Source: an uncultured Verrucomicrobiae bacterium
GTDB lineage: Bacteria; Verrucomicrobiota; Verrucomicrobiia; Chthoniobacterales; JAFAMB01
Reading direction: 5' to 3'
DNA length: 64,000 nucleotides
Assembly (NCBI GenBank): GCA_963762565.1
Contig: CAVXLD010000001.1
Coordinates: 160,001-224,000 of the forward strand
Shown: piece by piece, positions 1 to 10,472 of the stretch
Position numbering within the stretch: the first letter of the stretch is position 1
Layout: each line of letters begins with the position of its first letter
Position numbers and translations under genes: made by a program
Notes under the pieces: generated by a model
The model's input: the letters and a program-made list of their open reading frames with translations, nothing else
Database searches by the model: none
What the model was told of the DNA's origin: nothing

Positions 1-944
1 TTCTGTTCCGCTGGCTTGGCGTTGGTCTCGTGGTGTTCCTTCTGAGTCTCAGCTTTTGGCCTCTCTTCGCGTTTCTCCTGAGCAGCAGCCTCTTTGCCCT
101 TGCCTTCTACTTTATTTGTTTCTTCTCTGGCTTTTGCGGCCGGCCCGTTACCCTTGGTCGTCTCCTCTTTGGTCCCCTGCTCTTTGGTTGTTTCTTGTTT
201 GTTTGTTTCTTGTTTAGTCGCCTCTTTGCGCTCCTCTCCCGGAGTCGCCGCGTGGTTCGCTTCTTCGCTGGCTCCTACTTTAGTGACGGCTGTCTTGGTC
301 GGGTTGCCCTTATTGACAGAGAAGCGTTGGTTTTGGTCGTGAAGCGCTGTGTCTTCGTGAGTACGCTGCTCCTGCGTCGCCTCTAGATGTTGTTCATGGG
401 CGGCAGCTTCTTCTTGGGCCGTCGGTTTGGCTTCGATGCCTCCGGGGCCATTGAAGCTGACCCGGTTGACCGTAACATTCCTAATCACCGTCCGGTCAAC
501 GTAGGTGTTGTGAACGACCGTCGTATTCACATGCCAAACGGCGGTGTTACAGAGAAATCTGCCACCTTCCCATCTGCCCCCAACGAAACCGGTTCCAAAA
601 TAACCGAACCCATAGTTAACACCACCGTAGAAGCCGAGATGAAGCCCCCAATACCCGGCATTCCAACCGTAATGTCCTCCTACGAAGCCCCAGTAACCTG
701 GCGTCCAAAGATATCCAGGCTGCGGTGCTAAGACCCAGACGCCGGGAACCCAATAATAGTCGTCCTCTCCGTAAGCCCAGTAACCCGGAGTCCAAATGTA
801 GCCGTCCCCAGGGCAGAGCGGCTGGTCGAAAACCGGAAGCGGAGGAGGTGCGATCGTGATCGAAATATCTGCTGAGGCGAGCGAGGGCGTCATGCCCAGC
901 AGTAACGCAAGTAGGATGAATCTAACTCTGATGAACTTCAGCAT
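1..944 (-). CDS. YXWGXW-repeat secreted protein with charged low-complexity tail (runs off the window start)
   Basis: Hand-translated, not in the ORF track: MLKFIRVRFILLALLLGMTPSLASADISITIAPPPLPVFDQPLCPGDGYIWTPGYWAYGEDDYYWVPGVW...; clear paralogue of 1242-2186. Confidence 0.85.
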   Translation of the reverse strand, partial: MLKFIRVRFILLALLLGMTPSLASADISITIAPPPLPVFDQPLCPGDGYIWTPGYWAYGEDDYYWVPGVWVLAPQPGYLWTPGYWGFVGGHYGWNAGYWGLHLGFYGGVNYGFGYFGTGFVGGRWEGGRFLCNTAVWHVNTTVVHNTYVDRTVIRNVTVNRVSFNGPGGIEAKPTAQEEAAAHEQHLEATQEQRTHEDTALHDQNQRFSVNKGNPTKTAVTKVGASEEANHAATPGEERKEATKQETNKQETTKEQGTKEETTKGNGPAAKAREETNKVEGKGKEAAAQEKREERPKAETQKEHHETNAKPAEQ

Positions 945-1173
945 ATTGTAGGGAGTATTTGTGTCAGGTAATCGTGGTTTGCGGGCCAACCTCGACACGG
1001 CTTAAGCCGGCCAACGCAAGCGTTTTATCACAAGCTCAACTGTGAGGGCCGATCCGACAGAAAGCGGGGCTGTTCACTGTCTAAACCTAGACCACTACAT
1101 TGATGCTAGGCAGGTATCACCTGCTGTTCCATTAAACCAAAGCAACCATCGATGGTTGCGCAATTCAAAACGG

Positions 1174-1218
1174 AAAAAGTTTGGGGCGCAATCCGCAATA
1201 ACAGCGGTCGCGCCCCAA
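1174..1218 (-). terminator. Probable intrinsic terminator
   Basis: TTGGGGCGC...GCGCCCCAA stem with an A-run on its left (U-tract on the minus strand), just past the stop at 1242. Confidence 0.55.
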
Positions 1219-1241
1219 GAACTGATATCAGTTGAGGTTAC

Positions 1242-2186
1242 TTACTTCTTCTTGTCTTTGTCCCCACCGCCCTTTTTTGGAGGTGCGCCGCCGCCGTGAT
1301 GCTCCGGGGCTTTATTAGTGGTGTGATGCTCGGGGGGGTTGCTAGTGGTGTGGTGCTCGGTGGTATGATGTTCGGTAGTACCATGGTGTTCGGTAGTACC
1401 ATGGTGCTCGGTAGTTCCATGATGCTCGGTAGTTCCATGATGCTCCGTAGTTGCATGCTCGTTCCCGTGATGCTCGGCGCCATGTCCACCGGTAGTCTCT
1501 TTATGTTCCTCCTCGTGAGCCGTCTTCGTCTGGGCCGATTTTCCAGGGTTACCTTTGTTCTCCGAGAACTTTTGGTTATGGTCGTGGAGCGCGTCATTAT
1601 GATGAGCTAGTTGCTCCCCTGTTGGCCCACGATGCGCCTCGTGGTCGAACTTTTCCTCCTCAGCTGTCGGTTTCCGGTCGATTCCGCCGGGTCCGTTAAA
1701 GCTAGCTCGGTTATTCGCCTCTACCCACGAATGGTTAGCGTAAGTATTGTGAATCCCGGCGCCGACATGCCAGCAGGCGCTATTATAAAAGAAATGGCCG
1801 CCTTCCCAATGGCCACCCCAGAACCCGGTTCCGAAATAACCAAATCCATAGTTAATTCCGCCGTAGAATCCGACGTGAGGTCCCCAATAACCGACGTGCC
1901 AAAAGTAGCCTCCATTACCCCAGCCCCACCACCCTGGAGTCCAAAGGAATCCGATCGTCGGCGGCAGTATCCACACGCCAGGGACCCAATAATAGTCGTC
2001 GTCTCCCCAGCCCCAATATCCAGGGCTCCACAAGTATCCATCCCCAGGGCAGGGCGGTTGATCGTAGACCGGGATTGGGGGAGGCGCGACTGTAATCGAT
2101 ACGTCCGCTGAGGCGAGCAAAGGTGTAAAACCTAGCAGGCCGGCAAACAGCATTAGGTGCACTCGTTTAGTAACGAACTTCAACAT
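1242..2186 (-). CDS. YXWGXW-repeat secreted protein with His-rich (TTEHHG)n tail
   Basis: Signal peptide, APPP-PVYDQPPCPG, repeated W-x-PGYW motifs; start set at MLKF by analogy with the paralogue. Confidence 0.85.
   Translation of the reverse strand: MLKFVTKRVHLMLFAGLLGFTPLLASADVSITVAPPPIPVYDQPPCPGDGYLWSPGYWGWGDDDYYWVPGVWILPPTIGFLWTPGWWGWGNGGYFWHVGYWGPHVGFYGGINYGFGYFGTGFWGGHWEGGHFFYNSACWHVGAGIHNTYANHSWVEANNRASFNGPGGIDRKPTAEEEKFDHEAHRGPTGEQLAHHNDALHDHNQKFSENKGNPGKSAQTKTAHEEEHKETTGGHGAEHHGNEHATTEHHGTTEHHGTTEHHGTTEHHGTTEHHTTEHHTTSNPPEHHTTNKAPEHHGGGAPPKKGGGDKDKKK
1337..1480 (-). repeat. 18-bp coding tandem repeats encoding TTEHHG-like units
   Basis: Repeated ccatg(a/g)tg(c/t)tcggtagt units. 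Confidence 0.8.
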
Positions 2187-2425
2187 AAGATGAACTGCGA
2201 TTGTATCAGGCGCCGCACGTTCTCCACGCGACCAAACGGCCACGTCGATGAACGTCAGCATTTGTAAAAAGATCGATCTACAGGCCAATCCCAGAGAGAG
2301 CGGGGTGATATCTGGTAAGACCGGAGAGAGATCTTAAGGATTTAATAGGTTCACCTATTAAACTCGCTAACATGCGACTAGTTGCGCAGGTCGAACACGT
2401 TGGAATAGCTCGGCGGTGCGTTCCA

Positions 2426-2523
2426 AGTAAGCAGTAAGCAGTAAGCAGTGCTCAGCAATCAGTCGCGCGGCTGATTGAGCAGCACGCCGTTACCGATCAC
2501 TGCTTACCGCTTACCGCTCACTT
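2426..2523. repeat. Inverted heptamer tandem cluster (TAAGCAG)n...(CYGCTTA)n
   Basis: gtaagcagtaagcagtaagcagtg ... cactgcttaccgcttaccgctcac. Confidence 0.8.
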
Positions 2524-2579
2524 ATGGCGCTGGCGAGACCAGGGCTTTAAACCATCCACTTTCTTTGAACGTGAATGGA

Positions 2580-4160
2580 CTAGTCATAGCGCTTCAAGCG
2601 GCTCCAAATCTCCGACAGATTCCGGCGTAATCCGCGGCAGATAAAAATCGGCCGCGCGTTTTCGTAAGGCATTGCATACGGCACGCCGAATTTTCCTACG
2701 ACCTCGACCGAATCACAACCCCGTCGCCAGCGATTCGGATCACCGTTGATGTGTATAATGGTGCTCCCATCATAACCACGGGCGCCCCAAAGAAAGTACT
2801 GATTTTGTCCGCATAACGCGGGCGGCAATCCGTCCTGTTGACCGTACACGTCCAAAGCGGCTGCTTCTCCGTAATCGACCGCCAGAATGGCCGTTCGAGA
2901 GCGCTCATCGGCGGGCAACGAATGATAGATAGAAGCCACCTGTTTCTCCATGGCTCGCCAACCGAGCTCGTCCGAGAACAGTTGGGTAAGCGGAGCCCCG
3001 ACACCCGCGGCCTCTGAGGGCGGTGGAGCAAGGTGAGTAAAATCCAGATAACTCGCCAACACCGGTGGATCCAGGATCGGCAACACGATCGGAGCACAGA
3101 TTAAAGACACGATTAGTGCGGCCATTACCCAGATTGTTCGGAGGATGGGCCCAATCCGCGCCATCATCACTGCACCCACGGCAAACAGCGAGGGGTAAAC
3201 CGGGAAGAGATAATAGCTTTTCCCATGAGCGAGGAACACCAGGATGCTTGCCCCGATCAGTCCAACAGACAGAAACCGGGCCGGTTTTAGCGGCGTCCAA
3301 AAGAACGGGACTACGACTCCGGTGATCCATAACGGCGCCAAAAGAATATTCATCTCGAAGACCTGAATAATCTCGAAGCGAATTGGTGATCCCGTCAGAT
3401 TCGCACCGGTCGATAAATGATTCGCATGCACTTCAAAAAAGGGCCACCCGTGAAGCGCTTGCCAGATCAGGCTGGGTAGGGCCACGAGGACGGCAATCAA
3501 GGCTCCAAGCCAAAGTGCCGGCCGGGCCAGGATCCACCGGGCAGAGGTCAGGAGAACACCGACCGCGAGTGGGACTAACCAAAATGCGATCCCGTATTTT
3601 GCTTCCATGGCCAGACCAGCGACAAGCCCAGCCCAGATGAACGCCCGCCGGTCCTCTTTGATGACCGCCCGAGCAAGAAAATAGGCAAACGCGGTCCAAG
3701 CGATCGGTTCGAAAGTTGGAGTGGTGGTTGTGGTCGTGAGAGCGACGAGCGCGGGAGCGATGCCGGCAGCCAACCCGGCAATCCAAGCGGCAGTCGAATT
3801 ACCTCCTAGCAGCCTGGCGAAAGAAGCCGTCAGCAGAACTAGTCCGGCCGCCGCTGCCACTGCTGGTAAACGCAATAGCCATGGGTTGTCGCCAAAGAGT
3901 TGCGTAGTAGCAGCTAATAGCGGAACCAGCGGGGGCTGATCGACGTATCCAAAGTCTGGATGCCTTCCGCAAACGATGAAATAAAGCTCATTTCGGAAAA
4001 TGTCGTAACGGCCGGCAACAGCCAGATGAACCAGCCCAATAACAAGTGCGATCAGCCACTCGACTGGAAACGCCGTCAGCGTCGTGAACGCCGACGACGG
4101 CTTCTGATGGCGCTCGGTTCCTTGGTCTACCGAGGAGCCTGCTTGTCCTTTACTTCTCAT
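2580..4160 (-). CDS. Glycosyltransferase family 39 (PMT/ArnT-like) membrane protein
   Basis: RNELYF..GY.DQPPL motif, many TM segments, AKY motif. Confidence 0.85.
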   Translation of the reverse strand: MRSKGQAGSSVDQGTERHQKPSSAFTTLTAFPVEWLIALVIGLVHLAVAGRYDIFRNELYFIVCGRHPDFGYVDQPPLVPLLAATTQLFGDNPWLLRLPAVAAAAGLVLLTASFARLLGGNSTAAWIAGLAAGIAPALVALTTTTTTPTFEPIAWTAFAYFLARAVIKEDRRAFIWAGLVAGLAMEAKYGIAFWLVPLAVGVLLTSARWILARPALWLGALIAVLVALPSLIWQALHGWPFFEVHANHLSTGANLTGSPIRFEIIQVFEMNILLAPLWITGVVVPFFWTPLKPARFLSVGLIGASILVFLAHGKSYYLFPVYPSLFAVGAVMMARIGPILRTIWVMAALIVSLICAPIVLPILDPPVLASYLDFTHLAPPPSEAAGVGAPLTQLFSDELGWRAMEKQVASIYHSLPADERSRTAILAVDYGEAAALDVYGQQDGLPPALCGQNQYFLWGARGYDGSTIIHINGDPNRWRRGCDSVEVVGKFGVPYAMPYENARPIFICRGLRRNLSEIWSRLKRYD

Positions 4161-4642
4161 CCCTCGAGGCCAGGATCCGGTGCGACCGGTACATCAGCAT
4201 CGGCCAATTGGCGCATGAGTTGAGCAGCAAGGCGCAGAAGCTCTCTCTCAACTGGGGTTAAGATGGACGACATTGCGGTGGCCAGCCAAGTTGCCTGCCG
4301 GCGGGCGTCATTCCTGAGCAAGTCTTCACCCAGCGCGGTGATCTCAGTTAACGATTGGCGGCGATCGACCAGGTCTGGGCGTCGAACGATCAAATTGCTT
4401 TCTTCAAGGTCGGTCAGGGTTCGGGTCAATGACTGCGGTTGTACGCGTTCCTTGGCCGCTAAAGCTGTAACCGTCAAAGGCCCGCTCAGAGCGAGGCGAC
4501 CTAAGACACTGAGCTTTGATGGACTGAGACCGTGACTCATCCGTTCGGCCCGCAATCGTCGATAAAGCTGGGTAGCGCCTCGGCGAAGGGCGCGGGCGGC
4601 GGCCATGGTTTCCTCGGGTTCGGACAGAGATTGGGCAGGCAT
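4157..4642 (-). CDS. MarR-family transcriptional regulator
   Basis: wHTH with LIVRRPDLVDRRQSLTEIT wing; overlaps the GT39 start by 4 bp. Confidence 0.9.
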   Translation of the reverse strand: MPAQSLSEPEETMAAARALRRGATQLYRRLRAERMSHGLSPSKLSVLGRLALSGPLTVTALAAKERVQPQSLTRTLTDLEESNLIVRRPDLVDRRQSLTEITALGEDLLRNDARRQATWLATAMSSILTPVERELLRLAAQLMRQLADADVPVAPDPGLEG

Positions 4643-4645
4643 TAT

Positions 4646-4667
4646 TTACTAAGCTATAGCTTAGTAA
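4646..4667. promoter_or_regulatory. Perfect 22-bp palindrome, probable MarR operator (second core copy at 4782-4793)
   Basis: TTACTAAGCTATAGCTTAGTAA 3 bp upstream of the marR ATG; AAGCTATAGCTT recurs at 4782. Confidence 0.7.
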
Positions 4668-4720
4668 TTTCTGGGTGGCAAACGGTTAAATCTACATGGC
4701 ATACCAGCAGGCGTATGACG

Positions 4721-4754
4721 GATAGGACTTATGGGACCAATGGGACTTATGGGA
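4721..4754 (+). repeat. 9-mer tandem repeat (ATGGGACNN)n
   Basis: gataggacttatgggaccaatgggacttatggga; same unit at 32121-32146. Confidence 0.7.
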
Positions 4755-4797
4755 GCGGCAGGGAAGCGCGCCACTTTTATTAAGCTATAGCTTTACT

Positions 4798-4945
4798 TTA
4801 GGTCACGGTTCTAGCGGAATCGTCTTCCTCATCCCGCACCTTGTAATACACGATCTCCGAGTCATTCGGATCCAGGTTATGAATCATGCCACTCGGCATG
4901 AAACCGGCCTTGGCGAATAACGCCTGCATCGGCTCGTTGCTCGTG
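4798..4945 (-). pseudogene. C-terminal remnant of a GNAT acetyltransferase
   Basis: Hand translation SNEPMQALFAKAGFMPSGMIHNLDPNDSEIVYYK...*, no N-terminal part. Confidence 0.5.
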
Positions 4946-5002
4946 CGAGCAACATCTTTCTAGGCTAGGCAATTCAAAGACTAACCGCTACTCTTCACGT
5001 TC

Positions 5003-6661
5003 GTGAAGACTAGCACCTCGATTTGGTCTTCTTTGCGTAATCCGGTCTACCTGCGAGTTTGGACGGCTTTGGTAGTATCAGGATGCTGTGTCACAGCTCA
5101 GGACACGGCCGCGACCTGGGCTATGAACTCAAAGGGAGCCTCCGCGCTCTTGCTTTCGATGATGTCGAGCGCCAGCACTCTCCCTTTTTTTCTCTTCACA
5201 CTTCCGGCCGGCGCACTCGGCGATTTGATGGATCGACGGCGACTGCTGCAGGTTTTCAGCTGTTGGTTATCAGTCAGCGCCGCCCTGCTAGCCGTCTGCG
5301 CGTTCCTGAATAAATTAAGCCCGGAAATTATCCTTGCCGGCGTATTCTTGCTCGGAATCGGCTTTGCTTTTCAGGCTCCCGTGTCCTCGGCTGCGATCCC
5401 GGAAATTGTAGGAAAGGAAGACCTCCCTTCGGCAACAGCACTTGGGGGAGTTCAAATGAATTTATCCGGGATCATCGGGCCAGCCATTGGCGGTCTATTA
5501 GTGCCGCTGGTCGGCGTAAGCGGTGTATTCAGTATAAACGCCGCCGCATTTCTTCTCGTGCTTCTGGCGATCAGTAGCTGGCCCCGCAAAAAAAACCCGA
5601 TCCAAGCTCAACTGGAAAGCTTCTCCGATTCAGTGATCGGCGCATTCCGTTTTATGAAGTATGCGCCCGGTGTCCGAGTTATTCTACTGCGAAATCTACT
5701 GTTCGGCATCTTGATCGGTGCGACGCCGGCGTTGTTGCCCGTGGTCGGGCTGAAGGCGCTTCATTTCGATTCATTACACTTGGGGTTTGTGTTCACCTGC
5801 ATGGGAATCGGTTCATTAACAGGCGCCATTGTGATTCTCGAACCCGCCAGAAAAAGGCTAAGACCGAACCAGATGACTCTGTTAACCGGCCTTGTTTTAG
5901 CCATTAGCTACGCCTTGATGGCGGTGGTACGAAATCCACAGATTTTTCTTGTGGTGGCCGCGATAGCGGGCGCCGCTTGGACGATTTCCGCTTCCGAGCT
6001 TTGGGTTGCAGGTCAACGGGTCATACCCGATTGGATCCGAGGCCGGCTCAACGCTACGCAGATGATGGTGTCTCAAGGAGGCGTTGCATTAGCCGGTATT
6101 CTTTGGGGAGCCTTAGCAACCGTGCTCGGCATACAGTGGGCCCTGATCTGCGCGAGCATCATGGGAATCGCTAGCGCGCTCGCCGCGAAACTTTTATCCA
6201 TCGATTTTTCAGCGTCGGTCAACCTGGACCCTCACCCGTTGCCCACTCTCGGACCCTTGCCTTATTTACCGCAGGCAAACGATGGTCCGATCACGACCGC
6301 AATGGAGATCGAGGTCGCGCCGGAAAACCATGTCCGCTTTTTCCGCCTGATGATCCAACTGCGCCTGGTCTTTATGCGAAACGGCGCCTTTAACGCTCGC
6401 TTGGACCAGGACATGACAAATCCAAATCGATTTCGCCTGTACTCGATGGTGAAGTCCTGGTCAGAATTTCAGAAGCTTGGCGAACGCATCACCCGGGATG
6501 AACATGTGCTCTGGGCCGAACTCTGGACCTTGCATGTGGGGACGGAAGCACCGACGGCGAAACGTTACCTCGGCATTCAACAATGGACCGCGCCAGATTC
6601 TTTAGCCACGCGGCTGAAACCTATCTCCAATTTTGCGCCTTCGGGCGAAGAGAGGAGCTAG
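5003..6661 (+). CDS. MFS transporter (MFS_3 / transmembrane secretion effector type)
   Basis: LPAGALGDLMDRRRLL motif A, about 12 TM segments, soluble C-terminal domain. Confidence 0.9.
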   Translation: MKTSTSIWSSLRNPVYLRVWTALVVSGCCVTAQDTAATWAMNSKGASALLLSMMSSASTLPFFLFTLPAGALGDLMDRRRLLQVFSCWLSVSAALLAVCAFLNKLSPEIILAGVFLLGIGFAFQAPVSSAAIPEIVGKEDLPSATALGGVQMNLSGIIGPAIGGLLVPLVGVSGVFSINAAAFLLVLLAISSWPRKKNPIQAQLESFSDSVIGAFRFMKYAPGVRVILLRNLLFGILIGATPALLPVVGLKALHFDSLHLGFVFTCMGIGSLTGAIVILEPARKRLRPNQMTLLTGLVLAISYALMAVVRNPQIFLVVAAIAGAAWTISASELWVAGQRVIPDWIRGRLNATQMMVSQGGVALAGILWGALATVLGIQWALICASIMGIASALAAKLLSIDFSASVNLDPHPLPTLGPLPYLPQANDGPITTAMEIEVAPENHVRFFRLMIQLRLVFMRNGAFNARLDQDMTNPNRFRLYSMVKSWSEFQKLGERITRDEHVLWAELWTLHVGTEAPTAKRYLGIQQWTAPDSLATRLKPISNFAPSGEERS

Positions 6662-6667
6662 GAGGAA

Positions 6668-6703
6668 GTGTATGGGCGTGTGGGCGTATCGGCGTGTCGG
6701 CGA
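6668..6703 (+). repeat. 8-mer tandem repeat (GGCGTRTS)n
   Basis: gtgtatgggcgtgtgggcgtatcggcgtgtcggcga immediately after the MFS stop. Confidence 0.65.
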
Positions 6704-6739
6704 TGTGAGCGCTGAAGGCGCGATAGACTCGGAAATTCA

Positions 6740-7410
6740 TCACTGGCGGTTATCGATCCAGAGCACTCGATAGACTAGATTCGGTTCGCGGAAATGCGGG
6801 CGCTCGGAACGACCCGCAATGGTGAATCCCCAGGATGTAATCAGCTGCTCTGTCGATGGTTCTCGGGACGGATCCTCGCCGCGGGTTTTTGCTTCATTGA
6901 ATGTCCCGATGATAAGGCGGCCGCCCGAGATCACGACGTGTTGCTGCGACTTTCGGTTTCTCGTTGAGATTTGAGTAGCCGCCCGATTAGGTCCGATTGC
7001 CTTTTTGGTGGAACGTATTCCAAACCAGTCCTGACAAAATCATAACGGCGGGGCGGATTCCAATCGATCGCGTTACCTAGAAACAGACGCTCCCTCCATT
7101 GCGGTAACCGCTGCCGCGCTAGCTCAATCAATTCCGGTGAAAAATCCAGGCCGTACGGTTCGATGCGATAACCCTTCGCCGAAACCCAGTCGAAAAGGCA
7201 CTCAAGTAAAAAGCCATTGGCGCATCCGATATCCAAGAACGCTCCATCACGATCAACACTGTCGGCGATTAGGCCACGAGCTTGTGTCCAATGGTCCTGG
7301 TCTCCACTATGGCCGGATTGGGCTCTCGGATTACCACCTGAGAGATACGCTACGGTCAGCCTCGCACGGTTTTCCCGGTACCAAGCGGCATCATCCATTC
7401 CGTCTGCCAT
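6740..7410 (-). pseudogene. Class I SAM-dependent methyltransferase split into two frames (6931-7410 and 6740-6934)
   Basis: FLDIGCANG motif I; the expected post-motif GGRLIIG lies in the second frame. Confidence 0.7.
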
Positions 7411-7471
7411 AGCATTATCGCTGGGAAAACTGTTTTAGTACTTGCTCGGGATTCAAGCTAATGAAAATCAC

Positions 7472-7762
7472 GATGAACAACGACGAACTTCGCGCGCTCA
7501 ATCAAAACGGAAAATCTATCAGATTGCCTGGGTCACCCGGGACCTAGAAAAGAGCATGAGAGCTTGGGTGGAAAACCTGAAAATCGGGCCTTGGACGGTG
7601 CTCACATTCACTGACCAATCGCTCAAGTACCTTGAGGTCGACGACAAACCGGTTACTGCGCCTTTCAAGTTCTTGATCGGGATTTCCTGGATCGGCGGCG
7701 AGAGAACACTTAGCCGCTACAAAAAGAAACCTAACCGCAGATTAACGCAGATTTACGCTTAA
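7472..7762 (+). pseudogene. Truncated VOC/glyoxalase-family gene
   Basis: IYQIAWVTRDLEKSMRAWVENLKIGPW; family-like sequence ends near 7697 and runs into a repeat cluster. Confidence 0.65.
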
Positions 7763-7939
7763 AGACAATAAGACCACGAACGGACTCGAATGTTAACAAC
7801 CGGTTCACGGAGCGCGGAGAGGCCATTATTATCTCTCTAGCTTACCCTTTTCTCAATCGGCTTGCCGAAAACTCGTGTCAATTCGTGTGCATTCGCGGTT
7901 TATTCCAAATCTGCGTCAATCTGCGTTCATCTGCGGTTC
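7733..7939. repeat. Nested inverted 9/10-mer repeats (ACGCAGAT.. / CACGAA.. types)
   Basis: aaccgcagattaacgcagat...accacgaacggactcgaat...attcgtgtgcattcgcggtt...atctgcgttcatctgcggtt. Confidence 0.8.
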
Positions 7940-7961
7940 GTCTCTTTTGGCCCGCAGCAGT

Positions 7962-8738
7962 CTAGCGCGGCGTCCAGACAGCGGGCCACGTCGATCCCAC
8001 TTGAGTGAACCCATATTTCGCCAGAATTGGCCGGCTGGTTGGAAGGGCGTCAACCCGCAGGTAGTGTGTTGATTTGAATTCCTTAGCCCGCGCGATCCGA
8101 GCCGACAAAAGAGCCCGATAAACTCCGCGGCCACGAAATTCATCGAGCACGCTACCGCCCCATAGCCCGGCAAACTGGGTTTGGGAGGAAGCAGTCACTC
8201 GCCCCATACCAGCCGGCTTTTCATTCACATAGGCGATGAAGGCAAGATCCCGCCGGAGCGGGTCATTTTGATTGAACCGAAGTAACTCACCTGTGGTAAA
8301 AGATGCTCCCCAAATCTCCGTTTCAAGCTGAAGGAAACACTCGATCGCGCGCTCGTCATTGACCGGTCTAACGGTGATGCCTGCCGGGAACGGCGCCACT
8401 AGACTTGGCGGCAGGGCCTCTAAATCCAGAATCATGAGCGCTTCTTCTGTTCCTATCGCGAACCCCCGTTGACGCAACCGTTCAAGCAAATCAGCCGGTT
8501 CATCGTGACGGTAAACCTTCCATTCAAAAGTTCGCGCCAACTTGTTGAAATAGTCGATCTCGGAGTCGATGATTTTTACCGATTCTTCAGCGGAGAAGTT
8601 CGAATAGACGATAGCGTTACGGTTCCCGAGTTTGGCGATCCCGCGGACCACACCCTGCGTCCTTTCCAATGTGGTGTCTGGGTCAGGTATCGTCTGCCGC
8701 TCGGTGTCAAGACACGACAATATTTCTAGGTAGTTCAT
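7962..8738 (-). CDS. GNAT-family N-acetyltransferase
   Basis: FRGRGVYRALL acetyl-CoA motif, SRPILAKYGF. Confidence 0.85.
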   Translation of the reverse strand: MNYLEILSCLDTERQTIPDPDTTLERTQGVVRGIAKLGNRNAIVYSNFSAEESVKIIDSEIDYFNKLARTFEWKVYRHDEPADLLERLRQRGFAIGTEEALMILDLEALPPSLVAPFPAGITVRPVNDERAIECFLQLETEIWGASFTTGELLRFNQNDPLRRDLAFIAYVNEKPAGMGRVTASSQTQFAGLWGGSVLDEFRGRGVYRALLSARIARAKEFKSTHYLRVDALPTSRPILAKYGFTQVGSTWPAVWTPR

Positions 8739-8929
8739 CGGTGGTTGTACGGCTCGTCTAGGGTATCATGAGTCGCAACTTCGTTGGTGCAACCGTTCGA
8801 CCAAATCGGCTTGACAGGATTGCGTGTATTTGCCAGAAGCGCTTTGTGTCTCGCTCTGTTTGGTCGAGCTCGCGGGATTGCTCTGAGTCCGGTGCGAGCG
8901 CAGGTAGGTTTTTGGCCATTCGGCTGGTC

Positions 8930-10311
8930 GTGAGTAGTTTTTCACGCGTTATAGTTGGGTCGTTAGCATTGTTTTCAGCTAGTTCGCCATCGGGCCTCCA
9001 GGCACAGTACAGTGATACCAAGATCGGCGAATACCTAAACTATGCATTGGGGGCTACTAACGGCAGTGTTTATGTTGGCTATAACTCGATCGGTTATGCA
9101 TCACCGGTCATTTACACGACCGCTGCCGGTTGGACCGGTCTACCGTATTCGGCCGGATTTGACCCATCATACCCCTATTATGGATATGCGAACGGGGTCA
9201 GCCGCGATGGCACGGTGGTATCAGGTTATACCTGGGGAGAAGTTTCCAACGGAGTGTATGTGCAGTACGCGGTCTATTGGGTAAACGGTACAGAACAAAT
9301 AGTCCCTGCGCCGCCGGATGATGCCCAACCTAGCCTAATGGCTGCGACCGCCGTTTCGGGTGATTGGAGTACACTATTGGTCGAGGATACAACCGGCTCT
9401 AATCCATCGAAGGTCGAGACGTATGTGTACCAGATCGCAACCCAAACTTTCACTTCGGTTGGTTATTTAGGCACGGCGACTCAGCAGGCGTACGGCGCTG
9501 CGCTCAACTATGACGGTTCACAGCCGCCACGGGGTACAGCAACTTAGACAACGGTGACAACGATGGTTTCCTGTGGACCCAGAAATCGGGCCTGCAAGAT
9601 CTTGGTGTCCCCCAACCGGGAACTTACTATGTTGAGCCCACATGCATGAGCGATGACGGAACGGTCATTTTCGGCCGGTACACCGTGGGCGGCGGATGGG
9701 TTGGGTTCCGGTACACTACGTCCGGTGGATTTCAAGATACTGGAGGTATCAGTATCAGCGGATGCACGGCCGACGGAACCGAAGCCTTCGGGATTGAGAA
9801 CCTCTATTTTCCTGCTATTTGGACCACAACCGTGGGTGGTGGCTATCTTGATTTTTGGCTGAAAGCGCATGGAATCAAGGCCAAACTAGGCGATCTTATG
9901 GCACCGGTAACCATCTCGCCGGACGGTTCTCTATTAACCTCAATCGGACCGTTTGTGTATCTGAACGACCAAATCTGGTACGGAACTTATCAGATCGGGT
10001 TACCTTCTCCGCTTAACATTGCACCGCTCATCACAACTAAAGTTGTTAACTTATCGACGGCTTATGAGACGACTTTAACTGTTCCTGCGCCCGGTGTGAT
10101 TCAATACGCGGAATTTACCACCGGGGCGACCGCTGGGGTTGTCGCTAAACCCAAGAACGCCGCGAGCTTTCATCTCAAAGCCAACGGTTCATTCTCCTAT
10201 ACGCCGAAAAATGGGTATAGAGGTAAGACCGATGATTTTACCTATCACTTAGTGGGTCCAGGCGGAACGAGTACCGCTGCGCAGGTGAAAATCTACGTCG
10301 CAGCGCCTTGA
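8930..10311 (+). pseudogene. Secreted HAF-repeat/beta-propeller-like protein with C-terminal cadherin/Ig-like domain, frameshifted near 9520 (start uncertain)
   Basis: GVSRDGTVVSG, AVSGD, MSDDGTVIFG repeats; NGSFSYTPKNGYRG..DDFTY domain; ORFs 8768-9547 and 9646-10311 join if one base is added. Confidence 0.7.
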
Positions 10312-10327
10312 GCGCCGGCTGCGGAAG

Positions 10328-10425
10328 CTCGCCTTAGGCTCGCTTCCGAATAGCAAATAGCAGATAGCAAATAGCAAATTCACGCTACCCAACGCTGGGT
10401 TCGCTGACCCTTTGCTATTTGCTAT
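10328..10425. repeat. CTCGCCTNAGGCTCGC-bounded element with (AATAGCM)n heptamers, interrupted by the IS
   Basis: Same architecture as 15315-15447 and 47912-48080. Confidence 0.7.
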
Positions 10426-10472
10426 CCGACGAGTCGGGCGGCTGCCCATGCGCGTCAAGATAAGGAGTCGAC

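Noticed and set aside
30..731. Plus-strand hydrophobic ORFs in the ORF track
   Set aside because: Antisense shadows of the minus-strand YXWGXW gene.
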